Shown: piece by piece, positions 36,955 through 47,900 of the stretch | Layout of the letters: every line of letters begins with the position of its first letter | Position numbering within the stretch: the first letter of the stretch is position 1 | Virus record (IMG/VR): IMGVR_UViG_3300043424_000316 | Location: 1-64,000 of that record | Origin: a virus | DNA: 64,000 nt | Reading direction: 5' to 3' (one strand) | Made by a program: the position numbers and the translations under genes | Notes under the pieces: generated by a model | Seen by the model: the letters and a program-made list of their open reading frames with translations, nothing else | Database searches by the model: none | Told to the model about the DNA's origin: nothing

Positions 36955-39900
36955 CTAATTCTCTATTTTAGAAAATCCATTTTCCTTTTTGATTTCAATA
37001 TGATTATCTACCATATCACGAACACTATCTATGTGTGATATAAGTATGACAAACTCGAATTGTGTTTTCAAATACTCCATAAACAAAGAAAAGTTTGCCA
37101 TTATTGTTGGATCCATGACACCCAATCCTTCATCTATTGCAATAAAGTTCGGTCTTGGTAAAGACGAAACTTGTATCAATGCTGTTCTGATTGCAAGTGA
37201 TGAAATAAACTTTTCCATACCACTTGACAATTCTAAATTCCAAAAACGGTCATTATCGTAAACGATGTAAGTGTTTATACTCTTACCATCCGTATCAAAA
37301 AGAACTTGAAAGTCAACAATGTTTGCCAATATGTTATTCGTTTCCTCTTGAATACTTGGCAAAGCATTACTAATCAATTCATACGGAACACCATTTCTGT
37401 TTACTGCCTTCAAATAATAATCGTATGCTTCATATTCATTTTCGAGGTCTTTCAACTTTTGAATTGAAACCTCACATTCGTTTATTATTCTTTCACTAAC
37501 CTTTACGTTTCCACTGTATTCCAAAATACTTTCATCAATCTTTTTAAGTTCAATCTTTAACCGATTATTTTTATTGTTTTCTAATTCATCAATTTCTGAT
37601 TGTATCTTGTTATTCTGATTGATAATATCTTCATTTTCTTTCAACTTTTCAATTTGACTATCTATTACAGATAGTTCTTCACTAGTTTTTGTAATGTCTT
37701 CCTTTACAGAAAATATACTCTTTTCAATAGAGTAGATTTGCTTTTCATATTTGAACGTACTATTTTCAAGACTATGTAATTTTTCCAATTCGGAATATAC
37801 AGATGAATTTTTTGAAAATTCTTCTTCAAGATGTCTTATATCGAAAAGCAATTCATCACGGTCTTGCTCATACCCCCATATTAGTGATTTTGCATTTTGT
37901 GCATCCTTTACAAATACATTATTAACACAAAACTGACAATTAGGATCATACTCATGGTCTTTCAGATTATCAATTTTATCTTGACAATGTTGAACTTTTA
38001 ACTTAACACTCCTCAAATCCGCTTCAAATTGTGTAAGTCTGTTTCTAACACCATCAACTCTTTCCTTATTTTTCATAAGAGTTTCTTTGTCAAACTCTTT
38101 TGTCAAACCACTATATTTTTCATAGGAAGATTTGGCATCAGATAATTCGTTTTCTAATGATGTTAATTCCTTTGTCAAATCATTCATCTTTCTATCTAAT
38201 AAATATCGTTTATCTAATAATGATTGGACAGATTTTGAAGAAAAGTTATCATCGATTGGTATTAGTTTCTTATGCAATTCGGATATTTCATTTGTCAATT
38301 TTTCTATTTTCTTTTCGATATACGATTTCTGGTCTACCGTTTCTTCTAACAAAACTGTATTTGTCTGATGAATACCATTTGCATCAGCAAGTTTTGTAGA
38401 ATAATCATGTTTCTTAAATTCCTTTACAAGTGCCTGTAATCCCTTTACTTCATCAGTTGCAATGGTATTCAGTTCTTCAAATAGATTTAAGTCAAAGAAT
38501 TGTGCTAACAAATCTTTCCTATCCTTCTGTGCTTTATCTACAAAGTTTGTATTATTACCTTGCAATGACATGGCGGTTAAAACAAAATCATCATAAGTTC
38601 CGATATATTTACGAATTGCATAATTTGTTGTATCTCTATCTTCGCCATTTAGAGAAACCAAATTACCATTTTCTTCATACCAAAAATCTACATTAACTTT
38701 TACATTACCTTTCTTTTCTTTGGTTGCAACCCTTTTGATATAATAATTTTTATCACCAATCATAAAATGTAATTTACATTGGAAGTTATCTTTCTTATTA
38801 TTAAGAACTTGTGCAGCCTTAAATGTACGAGAACATTTATCGAACAAACAGAACATTAGAGCATCAAGGAGTGATGATTTACCACTTGCATTTGGTGCAA
38901 ACAATCCGTATATCCCATTCATGTTTGAAAAATCAACACGATTTCCTTTACCGTAAGAAAACATATTATCAAATTCAAATGATATAGGTGTCCATATAAG
39001 ATTACGAACAACATCACTTTCAGATAATTTTGTATTTATATTACGATTTATATTTCTCATCTTTTCAAGTATTTCATCTGATACTGAAAACTTATCACTA
39101 ACATAATCCGTAATCAATTTATTTTGGTATTCAATATCTCTAATTTTCCCTATTGGGTTTACCTTTGTTTGTATATTACCGTTGCTAGAACCAACAATGT
39201 GTTGTGTTCTGATGTCTATAGCATTCGTCATTGATTTTAAGTCTGTCATTATCTGATTGACTTCTGAATGTGGTGTGTTTGTTATTCTCAAACGAATTGA
39301 ATTGTATTTTGTAAATTTCGTTGGTAATTTTTTTATCTTACCGTTTTCAACATCAATAGTATGATAAGACCAATCATTTTCAATTTCAATAAACTTTGAT
39401 TTTTTATTTTTAATATCCCATTCAATTATACCATGTGTTAATCCCTCACCGTAGTTTTGTTGAATCAGAGAACCCGCATATGCAAACTTCCCATCAACAT
39501 CAAGGTATTGAAATTTGTGTATATCACCAAACAATCCATAATCAAAACCATCAAACATTTCAACCTTTACTTGATTGTGTTTCATAAGAACACCTGCATC
39601 AGTTGCTGCCCTATCAACAGGACCATGATATAAAACTATTTTTGTTTTATTACCACTATTAACATCTTTTGCCAAAATGAAATTTTCAGGATTCTCATAA
39701 ACAGAGTTTACAACGAAATCAACATTTTCAAGTTCATATACTCCAGTTTCTTTTAGATAAAAAAGGTTGTTGTGCTCATCGTTAATCAAAGAAACTATCG
39801 GTGAAAGTGCATCCATCCTACTCATATTGTTAAGGTTACAATCGTGATTCCCTGCAATTAAAACAGTTGGTGCAATCCTTGAAAGTGTATCTAAAAATTC

Positions 39901-40137
39901 AGTTACCATTGCAACCAATTCGGGTGTCATGTCTGTTTTTGCATGAACAATATCACCTGCAAGATAGATTATTGTATTTTTGTTTTCTTCAACTTTTTTT
40001 CTACAAACATCATATACTTTTTGGAACACACTACGATATTCCTCATGTCTTTTAAGATTACGAATGTGAACGTCTGCAATATGAATAATTTTATCTACTT
40101 TAGCAAGTGATCCAACCCACAATGTTTCTTTACGCAT
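36955..40137 (-). CDS. Single-chain Mre11/SbcD nuclease - Rad50/SbcC ATPase fusion (gp47+gp46-like)
   Basis: HIADVH, AGDIVH, GNHD, GDIHK phosphoesterase motifs; APNASGKSS Walker A, coiled coil with CQFC hook, LSSGME signature, IAIDEG Walker B, ISH. Confidence 0.92.
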   Translation of the reverse strand: MRKETLWVGSLAKVDKIIHIADVHIRNLKRHEEYRSVFQKVYDVCRKKVEENKNTIIYLAGDIVHAKTDMTPELVAMVTEFLDTLSRIAPTVLIAGNHDCNLNNMSRMDALSPIVSLINDEHNNLFYLKETGVYELENVDFVVNSVYENPENFILAKDVNSGNKTKIVLYHGPVDRAATDAGVLMKHNQVKVEMFDGFDYGLFGDIHKFQYLDVDGKFAYAGSLIQQNYGEGLTHGIIEWDIKNKKSKFIEIENDWSYHTIDVENGKIKKLPTKFTKYNSIRLRITNTPHSEVNQIMTDLKSMTNAIDIRTQHIVGSSNGNIQTKVNPIGKIRDIEYQNKLITDYVSDKFSVSDEILEKMRNINRNINTKLSESDVVRNLIWTPISFEFDNMFSYGKGNRVDFSNMNGIYGLFAPNASGKSSLLDALMFCLFDKCSRTFKAAQVLNNKKDNFQCKLHFMIGDKNYYIKRVATKEKKGNVKVNVDFWYEENGNLVSLNGEDRDTTNYAIRKYIGTYDDFVLTAMSLQGNNTNFVDKAQKDRKDLLAQFFDLNLFEELNTIATDEVKGLQALVKEFKKHDYSTKLADANGIHQTNTVLLEETVDQKSYIEKKIEKLTNEISELHKKLIPIDDNFSSKSVQSLLDKRYLLDRKMNDLTKELTSLENELSDAKSSYEKYSGLTKEFDKETLMKNKERVDGVRNRLTQFEADLRSVKLKVQHCQDKIDNLKDHEYDPNCQFCVNNVFVKDAQNAKSLIWGYEQDRDELLFDIRHLEEEFSKNSSVYSELEKLHSLENSTFKYEKQIYSIEKSIFSVKEDITKTSEELSVIDSQIEKLKENEDIINQNNKIQSEIDELENNKNNRLKIELKKIDESILEYSGNVKVSERIINECEVSIQKLKDLENEYEAYDYYLKAVNRNGVPYELISNALPSIQEETNNILANIVDFQVLFDTDGKSINTYIVYDNDRFWNLELSSGMEKFISSLAIRTALIQVSSLPRPNFIAIDEGLGVMDPTIMANFSLFMEYLKTQFEFVILISHIDSVRDMVDNHIEIKKENGFSKIEN

Positions 40138-41089
40138 ATAATATCCTTTGTTTAATTATGTCATAACTGTCTGTGGGTTTTGTTTCTTGTTTGACACCAA
40201 CAAAATCTTTGAAACCCATTTCATTTATATCTTTTTGTTCCATCTTAACCATTGATACTTCGATACCTTCACATAGTAGTTTAGATGAAATTTTTATTGC
40301 ATCATGTATTGCATCATTATCAAGTGCAACAATTACTTTTGGTGGTTTACGTAACAATATCTTTTCCATAAGTCTTGGTTGAATTATTTTGCCAAAAAGT
40401 GGAATTGCATTATATCTAGCAGTGATTGCATCGAATACACCTTCAACAAGTGTAACAGGTTCTTCCCAATTTATGAAACTTTCAAAACCAATAACATCCT
40501 TGCTCCATTTTGGATTTTTATATTTCAATGTATCTTCTTCAAAGATAGAACGAGAAACAAAAAAGTTTAGATTGAAATTATCATCATAAGAAGGAACGAT
40601 AATTCTGCCAGAATAGTTTCCACTCGGACAATAACCAATACCATATCTCAAAATATCCGTTCTACCAATTCCTCTAGATTTCAGATAGTTTAATGATTGT
40701 TTCATTTGCATCTTTATCTGAATGTCTTTTATCTTTGGAAACTGATATAGACTGATAAATTCTTTTGGTAAAACCAATTCTTCTTTTGTTTCTTTTTTAT
40801 TTTGAATGTATAGGTTTTTTGTTTTGAGGATTTTATCAAGGTCTTCTTGATATTGTCTACCAACTTTCAATTTCTTGAAAAGTGAAACAATACTTCTACC
40901 TTTAGCATTACTAACCCAACAATGCCATGGATTCTCTGCATTATTATTTACTGATAAGTCTATTTCAAGTTTTGGTTTGTAATGACTAATGAATGGTGAA
41001 AAGAACGAATAATTGTTGCCAGATGTTCTTCTACCTTTACCGATAACTTTTTCTACAAGTGATAACAAATCGTAGTTAATCATAAACAC
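40130..41089 (-). CDS. DNA primase (DnaG/TOPRIM)
   Basis: YLKSRGI, GRIIVP, KYKNP, LVEGVFDA, VALDND, KDINEM. Confidence 0.9.
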   Translation of the reverse strand: MFMINYDLLSLVEKVIGKGRRTSGNNYSFFSPFISHYKPKLEIDLSVNNNAENPWHCWVSNAKGRSIVSLFKKLKVGRQYQEDLDKILKTKNLYIQNKKETKEELVLPKEFISLYQFPKIKDIQIKMQMKQSLNYLKSRGIGRTDILRYGIGYCPSGNYSGRIIVPSYDDNFNLNFFVSRSIFEEDTLKYKNPKWSKDVIGFESFINWEEPVTLVEGVFDAITARYNAIPLFGKIIQPRLMEKILLRKPPKVIVALDNDAIHDAIKISSKLLCEGIEVSMVKMEQKDINEMGFKDFVGVKQETKPTDSYDIIKQRILYA

Positions 41090-41108
41090 ACTTTATGTAA
41101 AATAATAC

Positions 41109-41146
41109 TTGTCACAAATATAGTAAAAATTTGTGACAATTACAAG
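41109..41146 (-). promoter_or_regulatory. Bacteroidota-type promoter (TTG-N20-TATATTTG) overlapped by a perfect 11-bp inverted repeat
   Basis: ttgtcacaaat(41109-41119)/atttgtgacaa(41129-41139); -7 element caaatata at 41115-41122; -33-like caa at 41143-41145. Confidence 0.6.
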
Positions 41147-41547
41147 CAATCTTTTAGCCAATCTTCCGGTATTTCTTTTTTTGCCCATAGCCAACCTTTC
41201 TTATCACAGTATTGGGCATAAGTTGTTTTACTTCCCTTGTATAACTTTGCATTAGGATTTTGGAACACGAAACGAATGTCTATTCCAGGATATTGTTCAA
41301 ATATAAGGTCAAATTTTAGTCGGTCTGTCTTTACCCATCTACCCTTTGTTTCAACATACATCTTTTGACCAGATATTTTGGTTAGAACAAAATCTGGTGT
41401 ATAGTTGTGTTTAGTTTCTGGTTGTATGTAGGATATTTTTTCGGTTTCATAACTAAATGATTTTTTACTTTCTTTCAACAAATCATTTACATTATCTTCC
41501 AACCCACTACGAAAACCATGCTTTATTGCAACCTGATTTCTACGCAT
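41140..41547 (-). CDS. T7 endonuclease I-like Holliday junction resolvase
   Basis: GFRSGLED, YTPDF, YVETKG, DIRFVFQ, KTTYAQYC, IPEDWL. Confidence 0.9.
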   Translation of the reverse strand: MRRNQVAIKHGFRSGLEDNVNDLLKESKKSFSYETEKISYIQPETKHNYTPDFVLTKISGQKMYVETKGRWVKTDRLKFDLIFEQYPGIDIRFVFQNPNAKLYKGSKTTYAQYCDKKGWLWAKKEIPEDWLKDCL

Positions 41548-43274
41548 TACATATCAAACCTTACGATAACATTAACATCAACATCATCACGTTTTTCTAA
41601 TGGATTTGCTAACTTAGCAACCGCCAATAAATTGTAGTCGTCATCGTATAAACCAATACTTGTTATGTATGGATTGAATAATGATGATGTAACATAATTT
41701 TCTAATTCATGGCTATATGCAGCTTTATCAACTCTAACTGTTGGATTCTGTGTGAAATTAAATTCACCTCGTCTTATTTTACATATAATTTCATATTCGT
41801 AAAATGTTACTGTTGATCTGAACTCACCTCTAAACCCATTATCCAAACCGTTGTAATCAAAGTTTCCAGTTTGTCCCAAAAATGAATTTGCATATTTTGG
41901 TCTTGGGTCTGATATTACAAAAAATCCAGTTCCGTAGAATACATTACCAACTCTTGAAGTCTGATATGCATATCCTGTGTTCAATGTATTTTCATATAGA
42001 TATGGTATTTTATCGGATGAAATTGCTGAATTGTATATCCGTATTTCATCCATTGTTCCATGGAAAAGACTTGAACTATTCGGACTACCACCTATGAAAA
42101 ATAAATTCTCATTTCCAACATCAGTATCGATAGAATCTACAACCTCACCATTCAATACTCCGTTCAACCAAATTTGATAATTACTTCCTGATTTCTGACA
42201 AACTACGTGATACCATGTATCGTTTGTTAATGCACTTGATGTAACCTCAACGGTTTGAAAAATAGAACTTTGTCTAAATGATATTTTTCCAGGTTTATCT
42301 GATAAACTATTGTTGTAAAATATATCAAAAGGATATTGTTTGGATTCTTTTTCCGTTTCATCAAAAGTATGAACTAATGTGGTTTCATCTATTGTGTATA
42401 TTTTTTTGACTAAGTTTTTATTAAAGAGATAATTTTTACCATCAATTCCATTTGGTTGATTTGATTTTGGATTTAACCAAAAACTAAATGCAAAGTCTTG
42501 TCTTTTATTGAAATTAAAGTTTACATTTGAATTTAATCTAAAATAAGATCCACTCATATATGCACCAACGCCGGTTGGTGTTACTGATCCACTCAATGGT
42601 ATACCAGGAACATAAGTTATCTTTTTTGTATTATGTATATTAACTTTATTTCTATGTGAAGACATATCCAACACATAATCCAACTTATTGTTTTTCATGT
42701 TGTATTCACGATATTTTTCATTGAATCCAACATACAATAAACAATTTCCAAAATTTACAAATTTAGTTTCATCAAAAGAATTATCTCGTAAATTACCAGC
42801 ACCATCATCTGTCAATGTATATTCGTATGGTGAACCATAATTGTTAAGTGTAACCGATTTCTTTTTTATACCCTCACCGAATACACCAACTGGTATCATA
42901 AACAAAGAAGCGGATTCAGCAAGATATGTAATCTGTTCATCTGTTGTTATGAAAGATGGTAATTTATCATTACTATATTCTGTATAGTAGTTATGATCCA
43001 GATAGTACCAAAGTATTTTTGGATCAAGACTTTGTGTTGTAAATACTCTTTCGTATAGGGACGATGAAATGTTTGCAACATTTCCAAAATACTTATGGTT
43101 TTCTGGATAATAAGCACGATAAACTTTTATTCCATACTTTTCATAGTAATACTCCTCTGGATTATTTGTAGAAATTTTCCAAAGTTTATTTATTTCAAAA
43201 GGGCGTATTGTAAATTCGCCAGCTTTCAATTTCTTATGAGTATAACTTAAATTATTTCCAGATTGAAATGACAT
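41547..43274 (-). CDS. Baseplate/tail-associated protein with LamG-like domain (paralogue family)
   Basis: FAFSFW...WYHVVC...FHGTMDEIRIYN LamG motifs; C-terminal PYITSIGLYDD...LLAVAKLANP. Confidence 0.7.
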   Translation of the reverse strand: MSFQSGNNLSYTHKKLKAGEFTIRPFEINKLWKISTNNPEEYYYEKYGIKVYRAYYPENHKYFGNVANISSSLYERVFTTQSLDPKILWYYLDHNYYTEYSNDKLPSFITTDEQITYLAESASLFMIPVGVFGEGIKKKSVTLNNYGSPYEYTLTDDGAGNLRDNSFDETKFVNFGNCLLYVGFNEKYREYNMKNNKLDYVLDMSSHRNKVNIHNTKKITYVPGIPLSGSVTPTGVGAYMSGSYFRLNSNVNFNFNKRQDFAFSFWLNPKSNQPNGIDGKNYLFNKNLVKKIYTIDETTLVHTFDETEKESKQYPFDIFYNNSLSDKPGKISFRQSSIFQTVEVTSSALTNDTWYHVVCQKSGSNYQIWLNGVLNGEVVDSIDTDVGNENLFFIGGSPNSSSLFHGTMDEIRIYNSAISSDKIPYLYENTLNTGYAYQTSRVGNVFYGTGFFVISDPRPKYANSFLGQTGNFDYNGLDNGFRGEFRSTVTFYEYEIICKIRRGEFNFTQNPTVRVDKAAYSHELENYVTSSLFNPYITSIGLYDDDYNLLAVAKLANPLEKRDDVDVNVIVRFDM

Positions 43275-43275
43275 A

Positions 43276-44559
43276 TCAATTTAACCTTAATCGTACTTGA
43301 ATTATATGTTCTTCATTTGGTTTCTTTAATATAGGTCTTGGCAATTTACCAACTGCTATCAATTCTCTATCATCATTGTATAAACCAACAGAAGTTATGT
43401 AGGATATAGGAAAGTCTACAAACGATTCATACTTAAAGTGACCATAACTTCCAGATAGATAAGTATAATTGTTACTGTAATTAAATTCGTATTCTTTTAT
43501 TCTACAAAAATATGTTTGTGTTTTTACTTCTTCCGATATTCTTGAATACCAAGAACCAGTGACCGGCCTATTAGTTGTTGTATTACATGATGCACTTATT
43601 GCAAAAAAGAACTTTCTTATATTGTCACCATCTATTGATGCAGTGACAGTATTGAGTGAACATGATTGATCCAGAACTACACCATCCAATACAATTATGC
43701 CCTTTTTCGGAAAAATTATTCCCCATGCATCATCTGTTTTTTCACCATATATCCCATCATTTAACGAACCAGAAACTAAGTAATAATACTCTCTTAATTC
43801 TTTTCTCAAAGTATTCACATCTGCCAAATCTTCCGAATCATCTATTAAAGTATAGATTGCAGATGATGATGGGTGTGGGTAAAAATTACTACCAGTATTA
43901 TACAGTTGATTTGTACTAGATGAAATTGGAGCAAGTGTTATCTGTATATTTCCTGGATCAACCATTTCTGGAAACAAGTTTCTATTAAAATTTATTGCAT
44001 AAAAATAGTCACCGTTTTTTCCGTTCTTAAATGGTATCTTACCATCGATTGAATGAAAATACTCCATCAAATAATTTTTGTATATTATTTTTGATGGATA
44101 AACTGGAGTGTATTGATCCTCATAATATATTGAACCTGAACCAGATATATGTCCATATGTTATATCACATATTGTATCACAGTTTTGATCGGTTTCTATA
44201 TTGCTCAATACTCTTAAAAAATATCTTGAATCACCAAAATTAGAAGATGTGTGGAATGTATTAAGTCTTTCACTTCCGTTTGGAAACATACCCTTTTTTC
44301 TGTATTTAGTTTGTACAATAGAAAAATCTCTCGGTGAAACAAACTTTTTGAATATACGAGATTTAACAGAAGAAGCCAATGGCACAGGTGTTGGTGCAGG
44401 AGCGGACTGTGGGGATTGCATCAAAAAAGAAATTGTATCGTTGTTCACAACAACTCTATACTTATCCTTTGTTGGAAATCCTTTTGTTATCTGAAAATCA
44501 ACATATGCCTTTAACAGATCTAATAAATGTTTATTTATTTCAAAACTTAATACATTCAT
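43276..44559 (-). CDS. Baseplate/tail-associated protein (paralogue family)
   Basis: YGHISGSGS, PSK.IY, DPGNIQI, LIDDS, YITSVGLYNDDRELIAVGKLPRP. Confidence 0.65.
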   Translation of the reverse strand: MNVLSFEINKHLLDLLKAYVDFQITKGFPTKDKYRVVVNNDTISFLMQSPQSAPAPTPVPLASSVKSRIFKKFVSPRDFSIVQTKYRKKGMFPNGSERLNTFHTSSNFGDSRYFLRVLSNIETDQNCDTICDITYGHISGSGSIYYEDQYTPVYPSKIIYKNYLMEYFHSIDGKIPFKNGKNGDYFYAINFNRNLFPEMVDPGNIQITLAPISSSTNQLYNTGSNFYPHPSSSAIYTLIDDSEDLADVNTLRKELREYYYLVSGSLNDGIYGEKTDDAWGIIFPKKGIIVLDGVVLDQSCSLNTVTASIDGDNIRKFFFAISASCNTTTNRPVTGSWYSRISEEVKTQTYFCRIKEYEFNYSNNYTYLSGSYGHFKYESFVDFPISYITSVGLYNDDRELIAVGKLPRPILKKPNEEHIIQVRLRLN

Positions 44560-44563
44560 AAAA

Positions 44564-44995
44564 TTATGTTAAGGTTGTTGATAAAATTGTTGGTACGTTT
44601 GCAGTCAACTTAAAAATTTCAGATAATCGTTTTCTTTCTTCTATCAAAACTGATCTTAATTCCGGTGTAATAGCAACACCTATTGGGGTTTCAGAGAATA
44701 AATCAGGATTCAAAATATATGGAACTTTACCAACTGTTAAAGTTTCTCTCAATGTATTCAAGTTTGCAGTTGCTGTTTCTAATTTCTCTCGTTGAGACAA
44801 TGCAAGTGCACTTGGATTTGCATTTATTGCTTCATAGAATAAAACAGAATTTACACCACCGTTTGTATCTATATCCAACATTTTCATAAATAAATCAACT
44901 GCTATTTTTCTCGCCTCTTGTTCTTGTATTACCATTGGGTAATCGCCCAATATGGATCCAGATAGAGCTGTTATTATTTCGGTTTCTGTTATCAT
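44564..44995 (-). CDS. Hypothetical protein
   Basis: 143-aa ORF in operon context. Confidence 0.55.
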   Translation of the reverse strand: MITETEIITALSGSILGDYPMVIQEQEARKIAVDLFMKMLDIDTNGGVNSVLFYEAINANPSALALSQREKLETATANLNTLRETLTVGKVPYILNPDLFSETPIGVAITPELRSVLIEERKRLSEIFKLTANVPTILSTTLT

Positions 44996-44996
44996 A

Positions 44997-47900
44997 TTAC
45001 CAATTCAAACGTATTTTTATTAAAACATCATTTTCTTTTGTCTTCTTAATAGGTTTACTTAGTTTTGCAATAGCAATCAATTCTTTTTTAGTATTATACA
45101 AACCAATCGTAGTGATATATGTCATTGGATTATCTACAAAACAAGTGTTTTTAATTCTACCCTTTTCTGTTCCGTTGTCTATGACATATGTTGGGTTATT
45201 ACTATAATTTGCCTCACCAGATGGTATTCTCACAAAATAATGATTTGTTGTTTTGAACTTTACATTTCTAGCACGCATTGGTTTATCTACAGCAGCAGCA
45301 CCACTAATTGCAGTGAATAATTTGAAAGAATTATCACCGTTTATGTTACTACCGGTTACACTATTGAATGAAGCAGAAACATTTAATTTCTTACCATCCA
45401 ATACAATTATGCCCAAATTTGGATATACCTTACCATATGTTGTAATATATTCATTTGTTTCTAAACTTCCTGTTCCACTGACGTGTATACCATTGGTCAA
45501 AGAACCACTTACTATATCATAGTAATAATTCGGATCATCATTTGCACAAACATCCTCACTATCAAATGTTGGTGAATTGTCTATCAATGTAAGTATCTTT
45601 GGATTTGATCCAGAAACTTTCACATTACTACCAGTGTGTACATTATTGGCAATTCCACTGCCACTCAATTCAGCAATGTTTATTTCAAAGTTACCAATAT
45701 CAAGTTTGTCACTCAAACCATTTCTGTAATAATTTATCACATAAATATCATCAGGTGTATTGACTGATCCACCATCATAAAATGTAAAATACTTTTCATG
45801 TGGATCAAGTGTGAGCAATCTATATTGTGAATATATCGCTCTACTTGGACTATCATTTACTTCATATCCACTTGATATTGATCCAGAACCTTTGTGATTT
45901 CCGTATGCAACTGCAAAATAAGCGGTTTTATTACAGTTATCACAATCTGTTATTTCGTAATAATAATCTTTCTGTGAATTGGTTTGTGTTGATGATGTAT
46001 AGTAACAATCGAGAGATTGTGACAAATTAAACAAACCTTTTATAGATTTCTTTCTAACTCCTGGAAGTATATCAGTTCCATATAAGAATGGATGGTGTAA
46101 TCTTCCTTCACCTGTTCTTTCAAAGCAATCTGGCTTCTCTCTACGGTTGTCAGTTAATTCTTGTCCAACTGTCAATGAGTATGCAGCAGCTCTTGATTCT
46201 GGAGCAGGTGCTGGATATGCAGGGTCTAAAACTTCTCTTTGAGGGAAAGTTTCAGTTGTGCCATATAATGGATTTGTATATGATATTTCATCGTATATTA
46301 CATAATGAGTCAAAACTTCAACTTCATCACAACCACAAGGATTATCTAAATCAACTTTCCATGTAGATACTGTTCTTGAAGATGGAATACAAGATAAGTT
46401 TGTAGATGAACGTTGAACTGATGTGTAACTAGAGAAATATATTCCGGGTTCATTTGGGAATCTACCTTCGATTGGCGAAACTTCATCTTCTGTTGAATAG
46501 TAATATCCATCAGCTGTTTTTAACAATTCACCAGAAATTTTTCTAGAGGCACCAGAGTTTGGTTTAGCGAGTATACTTATCACCCACTTATCAATATCAG
46601 AACCAGGTTTTGATTTGTAATCAATTTCTACTCTACCAACGCCAGGTTTATTACAGAATATCTTATATGGAATTATTCTACTTCTTTTTAGACCCCATTG
46701 ATAATCTTCACGCAAACCCTCTAAACATGGATTTCCTGGTATTGGTTCCATTGTTGTAGATTTTGCATTCCGCATTGGAACCAAACCGTTTTGTAATAAT
46801 AGTTGGAATTGTGGTGAGTTTCTATCCCCACGTAATATATCAACTATCTTTCCAGTTACAGCACCAGTAGAACTTGCAGTTTGGTCAATTAGATTTACAA
46901 CTGCATCTGCATATACTTTTTGATTTACAACTGCCTGGTCATCTAAGACAAGATTCCATAAAAATCCACTTTGTGCACCCTCTTGATAGAATGGTGCAGA
47001 ACAATCATTGGATGTTGCAATTCCAAAAGACCAAGATACCTTTCCATAAAATTGATTTTGTGTATCAACAGTTTGTGCATTCAAGGCAGTGGATCCGCCA
47101 CTACCAATACCAGTTCCTACACCGGTTCCTGTACCGGTTCTTGTACCGGTTCCTGTACCAGTTCCTCCGCCAGTGTTTGTGGATGTTTCCACTTCACCAC
47201 TAACTCTTGAACTGATAAGTGTTGTTAATGAACGATCAGTTCTATCATTTTGAGGATATTGTTGTTGTAATGCACTACTGATTTCAACTATATCGTTTGG
47301 AGTTATAGATCTATATTCGGTTGCACCCATGAAAAAGAAATTTTCTATTATACTCATGGCAATATATGCACTAGTATCATTGTACCAGGAATTATTACCT
47401 ATGATTAAATCTTGAACAGATGCTGGCAATCTGGTAATAAATCCAGTTGGTGGTGAACCGTTTCTCCAAAAGGTATTCTGTCTATCTTTTCCAGGACTTA
47501 TACCCATATTTGGACCAAAATTATCTACAAATGGTTTGAATCCATCTAAATTAGATAATTGTTCTATAATATCCTGGTATACGGTTACATTATTTTGATA
47601 TGTAATTACCGGTAGTTCTTGATATATTCTTGTGATAATATCCTTTACATCATAGTAATAACCGTATTGTATTTTACCAACTGCATCAGATGTTGAATTT
47701 TTGGGTACGGTTACAAGATTACCATTTTTATCAGGTAATATATTAAAGTATGGATATGAATTTACCTCTATCGTAAACAACTCTGTTGGTGGGGTGTTTG
47801 GACACGCCGCATACATTGTTACTACTAATTTTGGATCACGCTTTATATTGAAACCAAAAAACTTCTTGGTTGCAGGTAATGTTGGATCAACTACTTGTCT

